Shown here piece after piece: positions 16,487-25,394 of a stretch of 43,195 nucleotides of DNA. Where the stretch lies: NCBI GenBank assembly GCA_001275005.1, contig JWZX01002886.1, positions 1-43,195 of the forward strand, in the 5' to 3' direction. The notes under the pieces are model-generated. The model searched no databases and was not told where the DNA came from. It worked only from the letters and a program-made list of their open reading frames with translations. Position numbers and translations under genes: made by a program. How positions within the stretch are numbered: the first letter of the stretch is position 1; every line of letters begins with the position of its first letter. The stretch is from Chrysochromulina tobinii. Taxonomy: Eukaryota.

Positions 16487-19400
16487 ATGCCTGCTCGTGG
16501 TGAGCAGGCCGGGCGCAAGCCGCCGTCGCCAGAGCAGGCGCGCCAGCAGAGTGTCGGATTTTCGGATCGAAATGGCCAGCCAAGGTCGAGCCCCTCGAAG
16601 AAGGAGCCTAGTCCAGCCGAGAAGTCATCATCACGAAGTGACCGCCGAAATCAGAGAACACGGCCATGGACTCAGGAGTTGCCAGCCACGCCAGTTCGCG
16701 CGCCCTCAGTATCGTCACCTCAGTGGCGAGGTGGTCTGTCCAATATGAAGGGCCAGCTGGATCAGGCACTGCGCGTGCTTTCCGAGCTGCAACAGGCCGA
16801 GCCGAGCGTGCGCGACCCGCAGATCGCTGCGCTCAAGCAGGCCAAAGGTATCGTGTTCATGACGCAGATCAAAGCTGGCTTTTTTGTATCCGCGACCGCG
16901 GCGTCCGGCTTCATAATCTCACGCACGCCCGACGGCAGCTGGTCGGCGCCCTCGTCGCTCGGCGCCGCTGGGTTGGGCATGGGCTTGCAGGCTGGCGCTC
17001 AATCGACCGACATCATCATCGCGCTCAGCACGGATGATGCCGTGGAGAGGCTGATGAATTCCGGCCGCCTCTCCTTTGGTGGCGAGGCCGAGTTCACGGT
17101 GCCCGATGGCCTCCCCGGCCCCTCACACGTGGGCGAGTCCAACATTGGACCCGCGGTGGGCGGCAACAATGGTGGCTTCCGCGCGTACTCGCGTGCTCAC
17201 GGGGTGTTTGGAGGCATCTCGATTGACGGCATGGCGCTGCTCACGCGTGATGGTGACAACGCGTCGGTGTACGGCAAAGGCGTGACCGTCCACGATATCA
17301 TGAGCGGCCAGATCCGGCCACCTGTCGAGTCCGCCGAGTTCTTCTCGCTGCTGGGCACGCTGCTCGCCGAGCCGCGACGGGTGCGGAGGACTGACCGGTG
17401 GGATGCAAGCGACGGAGACGATGAGCGCGAGGAGATGGATGAGGAGATGGATGAGGACGCGCAGTTGCACGCAACGCATGAGGGGGAGGAGGCGGAGGCG
17501 GAGGACGACGACGAGGCGGTTGTGGTCGCTCCGGAGCCACCTCTTCCGGCAACCGCGCAGCTCGGCAGGCAGCTCGGCAGGCTACCGACCAAATCTTGGC
17601 AGCAACAGCAAGATGAACTCAAAGAGGCGCAGCTCGAGCGGGTGCGCACGGAGCTGCGCGCGGCGCGTAACGAACTCGCCAGGCTCGTGGAAGACAAGCT
17701 CGAGTTGCGTGAGCAGGCGGAGGCGACGAGCGCGCAAGTAGCGCAACATGAGCGGCGACGCGAGGCGGCGGAGGCAGAGAGGCTTGCGGCGGAGGAGGAG
17801 CTCGGCGAGGCGCGTCGGCGGTGCGCGGCGCTCACGCGCGAGCTCGAGGAGCAGCAGCAGCAGCTGAGCCGGCACACGGCTACGCTTGAGCGCGCGCAGA
17901 GAGAGCAGAGAGAGAGGGAGCTCTCTCTTGCGGATGAGCTTGATGGAGCCCAACGCTTAGCAGGGCGCGAGGGCGCGCGTGTGAGGGAGTTGATGGAGCA
18001 GCTCGAGAAGCAGCACGAGGAGGCGGCGGCGATGGCGCGGCAGCGCTTGACGTGGGCGGATGAGAAGGCGGCCGCGCTGCAAGCGTCGGAGGAGAAGGCG
18101 GCCGCACTGCAGGCGTCGTTGGAGAAGGCGGCCTCGCTGCAGGAGAAGGCGGCCTCACTGCAGGCGTCGCTCGACACGAACCTCGCCAGGATGCGGAAGC
18201 TCGAAGCGGACGGAATGGCCAAACGGCTTGCGGTCGCCGCGATGCGGCTAGCACTGCGACGGGCAGCGGAACAGCGCGCGAGACTGCGCGCGGCGACCGA
18301 GCACGCAGAGCAGCGACTGCGCCAAGCCGTGAGTGATTCGGAGTTACGCTGTGCTGAGCTGCAAGCGAAGGCCGTCGCAGCCGCCAAAGACTCCGCGGCC
18401 GAAATCTGGGCAGAGGAAGCGCACCGAGCTGTCGCCAAGATGGTCGAGATGGAGGCGGCACTCAAGGCGATGGGCCAAATGAGCGACGAGGCTCGACTCG
18501 CCCTCACCAGCGAGGAGCAGCGAACGAGCCAGCTGTCCGCAGACTTGGAGAGGGCACAGCGGGCAGTGACAGAGGCGCGGGAACGGGCGACACAGCAGGC
18601 GGCCGAGCATACCGCGGCGTTGCAGAGGGAGCTGGAAGAGGGGCGGCGGCAAGCGGCGAGGCATGCAGAGGAGGGGAAGCGGCAAGGCGCCGCGGCGCAG
18701 GCTCGCACGTCCGCGTTCGAGGCGCAGCTCGAGGCCCTCGAGCAGCAGAAGCACCAGGCGTCCGAGAGGCACGCGCAAGCTCAGGCGCAGCTGCAGGCGC
18801 AGCTGCAGGCGCTCAAGCGAGAGCTCGAGGCCAGCCAGCGTGAGGCTGAGCGACGGGATGAAGCGGCGCGCCGTGTCGGGCAGGAGGCTGCGGAGGCGTT
18901 GCGCGTGCAGCTCGAGATTGCCGAGGAGCGCTCGAGATTGCTCGAGATTGCCGAGGAGCGCTCGAGATCGCTCGAGATTGCCGAGGAGCAGGCGCGCCGA
19001 CGGCTGGAAGAGAGCGAGGCACGCGCGCAGGCGCAGCTGCAGCAGACCACCGCGCAACTTCGCGCCGCCGAGCATGAGCTCGTCGGCGTGTGGTGGGCGG
19101 GAGAGCTCGTAGGGGATCGGGCCCCAGGCGAGCTGGGCGAGTGGAACGGAATCTTCCCCAATCCCACCCTGCTCCGCTTCCAGCGATATGACGCGTCGAG
19201 GGGCGCCCCTGTCGCCGAGGCCGCCACGGAGCTTGAGGCCTTCGAGGCGCGTATGATCGAGCTGCGTCGACGGCTCGCGTCCGGTCTGCTCACCGAGTCG
19301 GAGCGATGGGAGTTGGGGGGGCTCGAGCGTAAGCTTGCCGCACACCACGCGGCGAAGGCCAAGGCGATGATGAGTGCCGAGGCGGCCCTCGCCGGTCCAG

Positions 19401-21628
19401 CAGCAGCCGCGCACACGCCGCCCGCCGAGCTGCTCCAGCAGCAGCTTGCCGCGACGGAGCAGGTGCATGCGGAGGCCATGGCCATGGCCGCCGCGGCAGC
19501 ACAGGAGGCAATGGGCGCCGCCGCCGCCGCCGCGCGCGATCGCCTCGCAAGTGAGGCAGCGCTCAGGGAGAGCATCCAACGGCAGCTTGAGGCGGCGGCG
19601 GCGGCGCGAGCGGAGCTCGAAAGCTCGACGGAGGCGCGGCGCCAGTCGCTCCTCGCGGAGCTCGCGGCCGAGCACAGGAAAGTCACGGCCGCGCAAGCCG
19701 AGGCGGCGGCGGCACGGGCGGCGATGGCCGAGCTCGCGGAGGCGCGCGCCCACGAGGACGCGAAGCATGCAGACGCGACGAAGCACGCGGCACGGGCGCT
19801 GCAGGAGGAGCAGCATCGCGCTGAGGCGAGCGCCGCGCGTGAGCGTGCCGCCGCAGAGGAGGCGGCTGCGCGAGCGGAGAGGGAGGCTCGCCACCAAGCG
19901 GAGATCGCGGCGGAGATGGAGCAGCGGTTTCGTCAGGAGCTCATCGAGCTGCGCAAGGCGCAGTCAGAGCTCGAGGAGGAGCGCCACGACCTGTCGCACC
20001 GGCTGCGCAACTCGCTCGCCGATAACGAGACTCTACTAGCACGCCTGCGCGCGGCCGAGGCGTCGGAAGGGCATGAGCGTCGGCGACGCGAGGAGGACAT
20101 CGAGCTCGAGGGAGCTCGTGCGCAGGCGCGCTGGGAGGGAGAGCTCGAGCGCCGTTATGAGCAGGGGCGTGCCGATGCGGAGCGCGAGTGGCGTGAGAAG
20201 GAGGCCACGTGGCAAGCCGAGTGGCGCGCAAAGGAGGCGAACTGGGTCGACTTTGCCGCGGAGCAGCGAGCGCTGGGCGTCGGGGAGCTGACCGACGCAA
20301 AGGCCGCTACCGCCGCGGCCGAGGTGGGCGCGCAGCGGGCGGCGCTGGCCGCTCGCGCCGAGATGGCCTCCAAGGAAGCCGCGTGCCAGAGCCTGCGCGC
20401 CGAGCTGACGGCGCTCGAGGCGGCGCTCTTTAATAAGCAGGAGGTGCTCGAGACGGCGCTTGCGCTGGCGCGTGCGAGCGCGAGCGGCGCCGAGGAGCAC
20501 GCGCGTGAGCAGCAGCAGATGGCGCTGCGACTCGAGCAGACGCTCCGTCAGCAGCTCGAGACGACGCGTCAGCAGCTCGAGACGACGCGTGAGCAGCTCG
20601 AGACGACGCGTCAGCAGCTGCAGGAGCTCGAGCTGCGCGCGCGCGAGCAGCAAGGCGCACACGAGCTCCAGATGCGCCGGCTGAAGGAGGAGCTCGAGAC
20701 GACGCTCGACGAGGCGCGGCGCCAGCTCGCGCGCGAGAAGGCAGAGCTCGAGCAGGCGAAGGAGAAGGCCGAGCGGGCAGCTGAGCTTGCCGTGGCGGCC
20801 GAAAAGGGGCGCGCGCGCGCTTTGGAGGCGGACTCGGAGCACCTGCGGGCAGCCTTGGCGGAGGAGGAGATGCGTGCGCGCGCGGCAGCGGCCACACTGG
20901 CGACGGAGAAGGCGCGAGCTGGCTCGCTCGAGTCGGACTCGAAGCGTTTGAGAGAGGCCGAGGCGCGTATCAGTGAGCTCGAAGAGGAGATTGCTGCCTT
21001 GCGTGCGGCGCTCGCGAGGGTGCAAGTCGCCGAGGCGCATGCACGACGGGCTGAGGCAGAGGCGCGGGCGGAGGGACATGCAGCGAAGGCGGAGGCTGAG
21101 GCGGCGAGGGCTGAGGGGGCGCGGGCTGAGGCGGCGCGAGCTCAGCGAAAGCAGCCGCGCATGCTGCCTTCGGCTGAGCGTCGAGAGAGCCTCGTCTCCG
21201 ATCGCATGTACCCGCCCGATGTGCTCCCAAACCCCTTCGAGCCCTGGCGCACTCTGGGCGAGCCTTGGGGCGCCATGGTAGGCTCCCCCTCACCTCACCT
21301 CATGGAGGGACGGCCGGCGAGCGTCGTCGTGGGCACGCCCATGCCGGCCTCGAGGCTCGACTTTTCGAAGAGCTCGAGGTTCGTCAACGAGCAGAGCTCG
21401 AGGTTCGTCAACGAGCAGAGCTCGAGGTTCGTCAACAAGTCGAGCGGAAGTCCGAACTCTCCCGAGCCAAGGACCGAGCCCCGGAGGCGCGGCTGGGACT
21501 GGGCCGACGAGCAGAAAACTAAGGATACCACGGAAGCAGCCAAGGCAGTGCGCAAAGCGGCCTCTGCAATGTCAACGGCCGCGGCCAACGCCGCCAAATC
21601 GCCCACAATAGTTCAGAGCCATGCATAG
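16487..21628 (+). CDS. SYLF (Ysc84/SH3YL1-type) domain protein with a ~1200-aa coiled coil
   Basis: LKQAKGIVFMTQIKAGFFVS...GFIISRTPDGSWSAPSS...GLQAGAQSTDIII...YSRAHGVFGGISIDG...DNASVYG is a typical SYLF/Ysc84 domain. An acidic linker and a long E/A/R/Q-rich helical region follow. Probable stopless intron at about 19082-19183. Confidence 0.85.
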   Translation: MPARGEQAGRKPPSPEQARQQSVGFSDRNGQPRSSPSKKEPSPAEKSSSRSDRRNQRTRPWTQELPATPVRAPSVSSPQWRGGLSNMKGQLDQALRVLSELQQAEPSVRDPQIAALKQAKGIVFMTQIKAGFFVSATAASGFIISRTPDGSWSAPSSLGAAGLGMGLQAGAQSTDIIIALSTDDAVERLMNSGRLSFGGEAEFTVPDGLPGPSHVGESNIGPAVGGNNGGFRAYSRAHGVFGGISIDGMALLTRDGDNASVYGKGVTVHDIMSGQIRPPVESAEFFSLLGTLLAEPRRVRRTDRWDASDGDDEREEMDEEMDEDAQLHATHEGEEAEAEDDDEAVVVAPEPPLPATAQLGRQLGRLPTKSWQQQQDELKEAQLERVRTELRAARNELARLVEDKLELREQAEATSAQVAQHERRREAAEAERLAAEEELGEARRRCAALTRELEEQQQQLSRHTATLERAQREQRERELSLADELDGAQRLAGREGARVRELMEQLEKQHEEAAAMARQRLTWADEKAAALQASEEKAAALQASLEKAASLQEKAASLQASLDTNLARMRKLEADGMAKRLAVAAMRLALRRAAEQRARLRAATEHAEQRLRQAVSDSELRCAELQAKAVAAAKDSAAEIWAEEAHRAVAKMVEMEAALKAMGQMSDEARLALTSEEQRTSQLSADLERAQRAVTEARERATQQAAEHTAALQRELEEGRRQAARHAEEGKRQGAAAQARTSAFEAQLEALEQQKHQASERHAQAQAQLQAQLQALKRELEASQREAERRDEAARRVGQEAAEALRVQLEIAEERSRLLEIAEERSRSLEIAEEQARRRLEESEARAQAQLQQTTAQLRAAEHELVGVWWAGELVGDRAPGELGEWNGIFPNPTLLRFQRYDASRGAPVAEAATELEAFEARMIELRRRLASGLLTESERWELGGLERKLAAHHAAKAKAMMSAEAALAGPAAAAHTPPAELLQQQLAATEQVHAEAMAMAAAAAQEAMGAAAAAARDRLASEAALRESIQRQLEAAAAARAELESSTEARRQSLLAELAAEHRKVTAAQAEAAAARAAMAELAEARAHEDAKHADATKHAARALQEEQHRAEASAARERAAAEEAAARAEREARHQAEIAAEMEQRFRQELIELRKAQSELEEERHDLSHRLRNSLADNETLLARLRAAEASEGHERRRREEDIELEGARAQARWEGELERRYEQGRADAEREWREKEATWQAEWRAKEANWVDFAAEQRALGVGELTDAKAATAAAEVGAQRAALAARAEMASKEAACQSLRAELTALEAALFNKQEVLETALALARASASGAEEHAREQQQMALRLEQTLRQQLETTRQQLETTREQLETTRQQLQELELRAREQQGAHELQMRRLKEELETTLDEARRQLAREKAELEQAKEKAERAAELAVAAEKGRARALEADSEHLRAALAEEEMRARAAAATLATEKARAGSLESDSKRLREAEARISELEEEIAALRAALARVQVAEAHARRAEAEARAEGHAAKAEAEAARAEGARAEAARAQRKQPRMLPSAERRESLVSDRMYPPDVLPNPFEPWRTLGEPWGAMVGSPSPHLMEGRPASVVVGTPMPASRLDFSKSSRFVNEQSSRFVNEQSSRFVNKSSGSPNSPEPRTEPRRRGWDWADEQKTKDTTEAAKAVRKAASAMSTAAANAAKSPTIVQSHA
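18911..18989 (+). repeat. Coding tandem repeat, 30-nt unit (LEIAEERSRL), about 2.6 copies
   Basis: ctcgagattgccgaggagc recurs at 18911, 18941 and 18971. Confidence 0.9.
20546..20619 (+). repeat. Coding tandem repeat, 21-nt unit (RQQLETT heptad), about 3.5 copies
   Basis: cgt(c/g)agcagctcgagacgacg is repeated in tandem. Confidence 0.9.
21370..21437 (+). repeat. Coding tandem repeat, 24-nt unit (SSRFVNEQ), about 3 copies
   Basis: gagctcgaggttcgtcaac recurs with a 24-nt period. Confidence 0.9.
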
Positions 21629-22099
21629 GTGGGTGGGCGGGCGCGGCAAACCCGAAACCCGAAGCGTGATCCGAAACACTGCAACGACCTGACCGCGACC
21701 CGACGCCGCCGGTCGTGGCGGCGCCTACAGCGGTACACTCGACTACTACGACGCATACAACGAAACGACAGTGGCTACAGTTAACAGTTGTACTAGGTTC
21801 TAGCTCTAGCATGAGCTCTAGCGTCTAGGCGCGCACGCTGGCTGCGCGGCCGCGCGTGCGCCATGCCCCCGCGGTGCGCCGGCATCGTCCAAGGACGCGG
21901 GTACGGCACGCGCGGTATTCCGGTAACTCGCGTGTGCCCGCAAGTCGAGTGTATAGGCCCCGTAATTATCGAGCTTGTTTTTGGCTTCGGTCTCGCATTT
22001 TCACAAACGAAAACCACCGCGGCGCACTCAACGCCCAACAAAAGTCGCCCCTATCCACTCAAACGGGGGCGCACAAGAGGGGGTGATTTCGTGAAGATG

Positions 22100-23419
22100 T
22101 CAGTTGGACCACACTTGTATGCGACCGTTCTCGTCCCCGGTGATGATGTCTCCCGTCTCCTCAGAGTAGCACAGGGCGGTGATGAGCGAGCGCTCGTGCG
22201 TCGCTTGTCGGTCGATGCGTGCGAGGCATTTGCCACTCTTGATGCTGCTCACATGGATGGACGAGCCGTCGTCGCCGTCGTCGCAGAGCGAGATGATCAT
22301 GTCTTGGGAGTGTGTCACATAGACTATGGACGTGTGCTCGATTTCGGGGATGGGCAAGCAGAGCTTGTGGTCCTCGAAGCTCGCCAACTTCTCCCCTTGA
22401 AAGTTCCACATGGTGATCGTCGTGTCCTTTAACGAGAGGAACGTTTGATTCTCGTAGAGGAAGATGAAGCCGGTGGGCCTGACGCGGAAGTCCTTGAGCT
22501 TGACAACGCGCGACGTGAGCAGATCGATGATGAGGAGATGCGAGCCCTGCTGCTTGAGCAGCAGCTTCTCGTTGAACTGCTCGATCACCTCGATCTCGCG
22601 ATCTCGCTTCATGGGCTGCTTGAGCGAGCGGAGTGTGGTTCCGTCCTCGATGGCGAGCAGCTTGAGTGCGAGATGCGTCTGCTTTTTGTTGTGGTGGCTG
22701 ACCAGCAGCATGACGCCAGGCGAGATCTTGATTTCGCTGATGCCCTCAGGCACCCGCGACTCGTTGAACGCGTACAGAAGAACCGCAGGGTCAGTCATCG
22801 ACCACACCTTATACGTCGTCATGTCTGCGGACAACGTGAGCACCTTCCCGTTGACATCGTCAAACTCGACAAAGCCCGGCCACCGTAGTGACTCGGTTGC
22901 AAAGAGCTCCGTGAACTGGTCGCAGATGCCCTGGCGCAGTGCAGAGATCGCGCTCGCGCGGCAGCGCAGACACGAGAACTGGTCGGCCGCAAACACGGAG
23001 ACAGCGATGAGCGTGTCGTTGTGCTTGTTGTGGAAGAGAGAGCGCACCACCTCGTTGTGATCATGGTTGAGCACACACAAATGACGCCCGCTCTTGTCAA
23101 AGCAAGCACACACGCCGTTCGTAGTCAGCCCAAAGATGAGACCATCGGCCGTGCAGCACAGCTCCTGGATGCGGTGACGGTCACCGGGGACAAGCCGCAC
23201 TGGCTGTCCCCACATGTCCAGTGTGCGCTCCAAGGAGATGTTTGAGAAGCGCTCTCGTGAACTACGCTTGATAAAGTTGTGCCGAGCGGATGAGTCAATC
23301 TGCCGATCCATGAGCCGCTGATAGATGTTGGAGGTCTCACGCTTGCGCTTGTGGCTGCTGCTGCTGCTTCCCACGGTTGTTGCCATGCTGGCAGCGCGAG
23401 GCGATACACGTTTCGTCAT
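22100..23419 (-). CDS. Conserved uncharacterised WD40/beta-propeller-like protein
   Basis: ~440-aa ORF with VVRSLFHNKHNDTLIAVSV, ESLRWPGFVEFDDVNGKVLT, EIKISPGVMLL, IEQFNEKLLLKQ, FIFLYENQTFL and ITGDENGRIQVWSN. From memory these match a plant/algal/protist WD40-like family of unknown function. Start may be 23419 or 23386. Confidence 0.75.
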   Translation of the reverse strand: MTKRVSPRAASMATTVGSSSSSHKRKRETSNIYQRLMDRQIDSSARHNFIKRSSRERFSNISLERTLDMWGQPVRLVPGDRHRIQELCCTADGLIFGLTTNGVCACFDKSGRHLCVLNHDHNEVVRSLFHNKHNDTLIAVSVFAADQFSCLRCRASAISALRQGICDQFTELFATESLRWPGFVEFDDVNGKVLTLSADMTTYKVWSMTDPAVLLYAFNESRVPEGISEIKISPGVMLLVSHHNKKQTHLALKLLAIEDGTTLRSLKQPMKRDREIEVIEQFNEKLLLKQQGSHLLIIDLLTSRVVKLKDFRVRPTGFIFLYENQTFLSLKDTTITMWNFQGEKLASFEDHKLCLPIPEIEHTSIVYVTHSQDMIISLCDDGDDGSSIHVSSIKSGKCLARIDRQATHERSLITALCYSEETGDIITGDENGRIQVWSN

Positions 23420-23946
23420 CACACTGCGTACAGAGGCCTAAGCTGTCGCAGCTGTGAGCGAGGCTCGCGCCCTGACAGTGCTCGACGCGCGGAGGCGTCG
23501 TGGAGGATGGACGAGGGGGCCCTCACGCGCGCCCCTGGTGCTGTGGAGCCGCGCGCGTCCAAAATTCACATGTCCACTTCACACCAGGGCTGTCCGAAAT
23601 TCCCTCATGGCAGGGGCGGCGAGAAGGACCGTGCTGGTAGCGTCTTCCTGGAACGTGGACGATCTTGGATGCGGAGGACAACCCCAGTGCGGACGCTGCC
23701 ATTTACGGCTGTGAGTTAGAGCGTGACCTCGCCTGCCTCCCAGTTTCGCGAGTCGGTTGCGAGTGTGAGTAAGTGAGTCGGGCTCCTTGGCCCAACGGAG
23801 CCCTCACATCGGTCGATCCGATCCACGCCGCCGAGAACGCCATCGCATCGCATACTTGTACACCGATGTGCACGCGCAGCGACGACATACGTTCAGATAC
23901 CACGCGCGCGAAGCCCGGACAGGGACGCAAGATGTTAAGGAAGATG

Positions 23947-23992
23947 ACTCGACACGCAACAAGACGAGACGCAAGACGAGACGCAAGACGAC
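23947..23992. repeat. Short tandem repeat (acgcaagacgag-like, 12-nt unit)
   Basis: acgcaacaagacgagacgcaagacgagacgcaagacgac is visible in intergenic sequence. Confidence 0.7.
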
Positions 23993-24211
23993 ATACGGCA
24001 CAGACACACATGATGCGTGTGTACAGGGCTCCGACCCCCCCTTCAGTCGCGCACTTTGTGCCACCACTGAAAAGGTGGGTGGAAGCGCGCGCGCACGGTG
24101 GGCACTGCTTCCTATGCGCACAAAAAGTCGCCGCTCGCGTCGAGTTCGCGCCTTTCTGTACACCGAGGCGCCCCCCTGGGACCACACCAGAGCCTGGCCT
24201 CTGCGACCGAC

Positions 24212-25054
24212 TCATACCGCGAAAAATCGGCCATCGACTCTCGCCGCGGTGGCAGTGACTACTGGCACACCTTGGTGGACGACAGGGGTGGCACCAGCGG
24301 GACCGGCGACGGCGGTTCCCATCACCACGTGCTGTTGCGCCAATTCTCCACCGAGAAGCAACCGGCGTTTGGCTGCCTCGAGCTCCTGTTGTGTCAGGTA
24401 GCCGCCGGCGCGCAAGTGGTAGAGCTGCGCCAGCTGCTCACGCAACGATGAAATCGGAATCACTTGCGGGTTGCCCATCATCATAGCTTGGTCAACTGGC
24501 ACGGCCACGGCCATCTCCACGGCAGTACTGGCTTCGACCGGCTGCGGTCGCCCCTCAAGCCGCCGTCGCTCAAATTCGCCTAATCTAGTTGGCCGTCGGC
24601 TGTAACACTTGCAGCACACGAGGCAGATAAATGAGCCGAGGAAAATCGCCGGCAACACGATTCCCAAGAAGTTACCCAAGTCTGTGCTGTTCTGTTCGCA
24701 GATGGCCCTGCGGTCCCGGTCGCCAGAGCAGGGAGCCGGAGGCGGAGCGTTTCGCCCCGATGCCCCACAGTCCATACAGTCAGAGCCAGCAATGGGGCAC
24801 GAGGCGAATTCAGACCCCGGCCCACCATCATCGCAATCGCCATCGGATGAAAAAAAGCATACGTTGGTGCATGTGCCACCGGCAGCTGGGGGGGGAGGGG
24901 GTGGCGGTGCAGCCGATACTGAATCGGCAAATATTGGCAAGTAAAGCATCCACAGCGTCAACTTCTTGAGCGGACTTCTGGAATGGACTGATCCATGCAC
25001 TTGCTGCCTTGCCATCCGTGCGGCACGGATGTTCGCATCGTTGATCCTAAACAT
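24212..25054 (-). CDS. Single-pass membrane protein: Pro-rich linker, Cys-rich DGxCDDGG module, TM helix and cytoplasmic SHOCT-like domain
   Basis: Signal-like segment LTLWMLYLPIFADSVSA. Cys module CTNVCFFSSDGDCDDGGPGSEFASCPIAGSDCMDCG. TM FLGIVLPAIFLGSFICLVCC. LREQLAQLYHLRAGGYLTQQELEAAKRRLL fits the SHOCT pattern. Start codon uncertain. Confidence 0.7.
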   Translation of the reverse strand: MFRINDANIRAARMARQQVHGSVHSRSPLKKLTLWMLYLPIFADSVSAAPPPPPPPAAGGTCTNVCFFSSDGDCDDGGPGSEFASCPIAGSDCMDCGASGRNAPPPAPCSGDRDRRAICEQNSTDLGNFLGIVLPAIFLGSFICLVCCKCYSRRPTRLGEFERRRLEGRPQPVEASTAVEMAVAVPVDQAMMMGNPQVIPISSLREQLAQLYHLRAGGYLTQQELEAAKRRLLLGGELAQQHVVMGTAVAGPAGATPVVHQGVPVVTATAARVDGRFFAV

Positions 25055-25394
25055 GTTCGCGAAAGAAGCAGGAGGCGAAATTTCCAGTGAAATGGCAAGT
25101 TTTTGCGATACCGGGTAGGGACGTCTTCACATTCGACGACCAGAAAGTGAAGTCAAGTCAAGCGCAGCGCGCGGGCGTCTCAGGTGTGCGTTTGGTGTGA
25201 TCCTCGCCGGCCCTCCGGCACGGGGACGCAAAGTCTCCCAGCTGCATTTATCGCAATCTCAACTCCACGCTTGCTACCGGTATTCAATACTACGCGCAAA
25301 ACCTCCGGAACCCCGAAACGGGCCACACAGGCGCCCACGAGAACGCTCCTCGACGGGTTCGGCAGGAAACTGCCGCAAAGGAGGATACCGTGGC

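Noticed and set aside
17197..21079. Long antisense ORFs (503, 517, 301 and 347 aa) opposite the coiled-coil gene
   Set aside because: Mirror frames of E/Q/A/L/R codons lacking stops; Ser/Ala/Cys- or Leu/Arg-rich with no protein-like features.
18911..21437. Short direct repeats as a CRISPR array
   Set aside because: They are in-frame coding tandem repeats without unique spacers, there are no cas genes, and the context is eukaryotic.
21791..21830. Cluster of CTAG-containing repeats as a Helitron 3' end
   Set aside because: No clear subterminal hairpin or matching 5' end was found.
24024..24197. Possible hAT-like MITE (CAGGGCTC…GAGCCTG)
   Set aside because: The terminal match is short and imperfect, there is no target-site duplication, and it lies in the likely 3'UTR of the SHOCT gene.
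25197..25394. N-terminal 66 codons of the 3132-aa ORF
   Set aside because: Non-ATG start and promoter-like sequence; the ATG at 25395 is more plausible.
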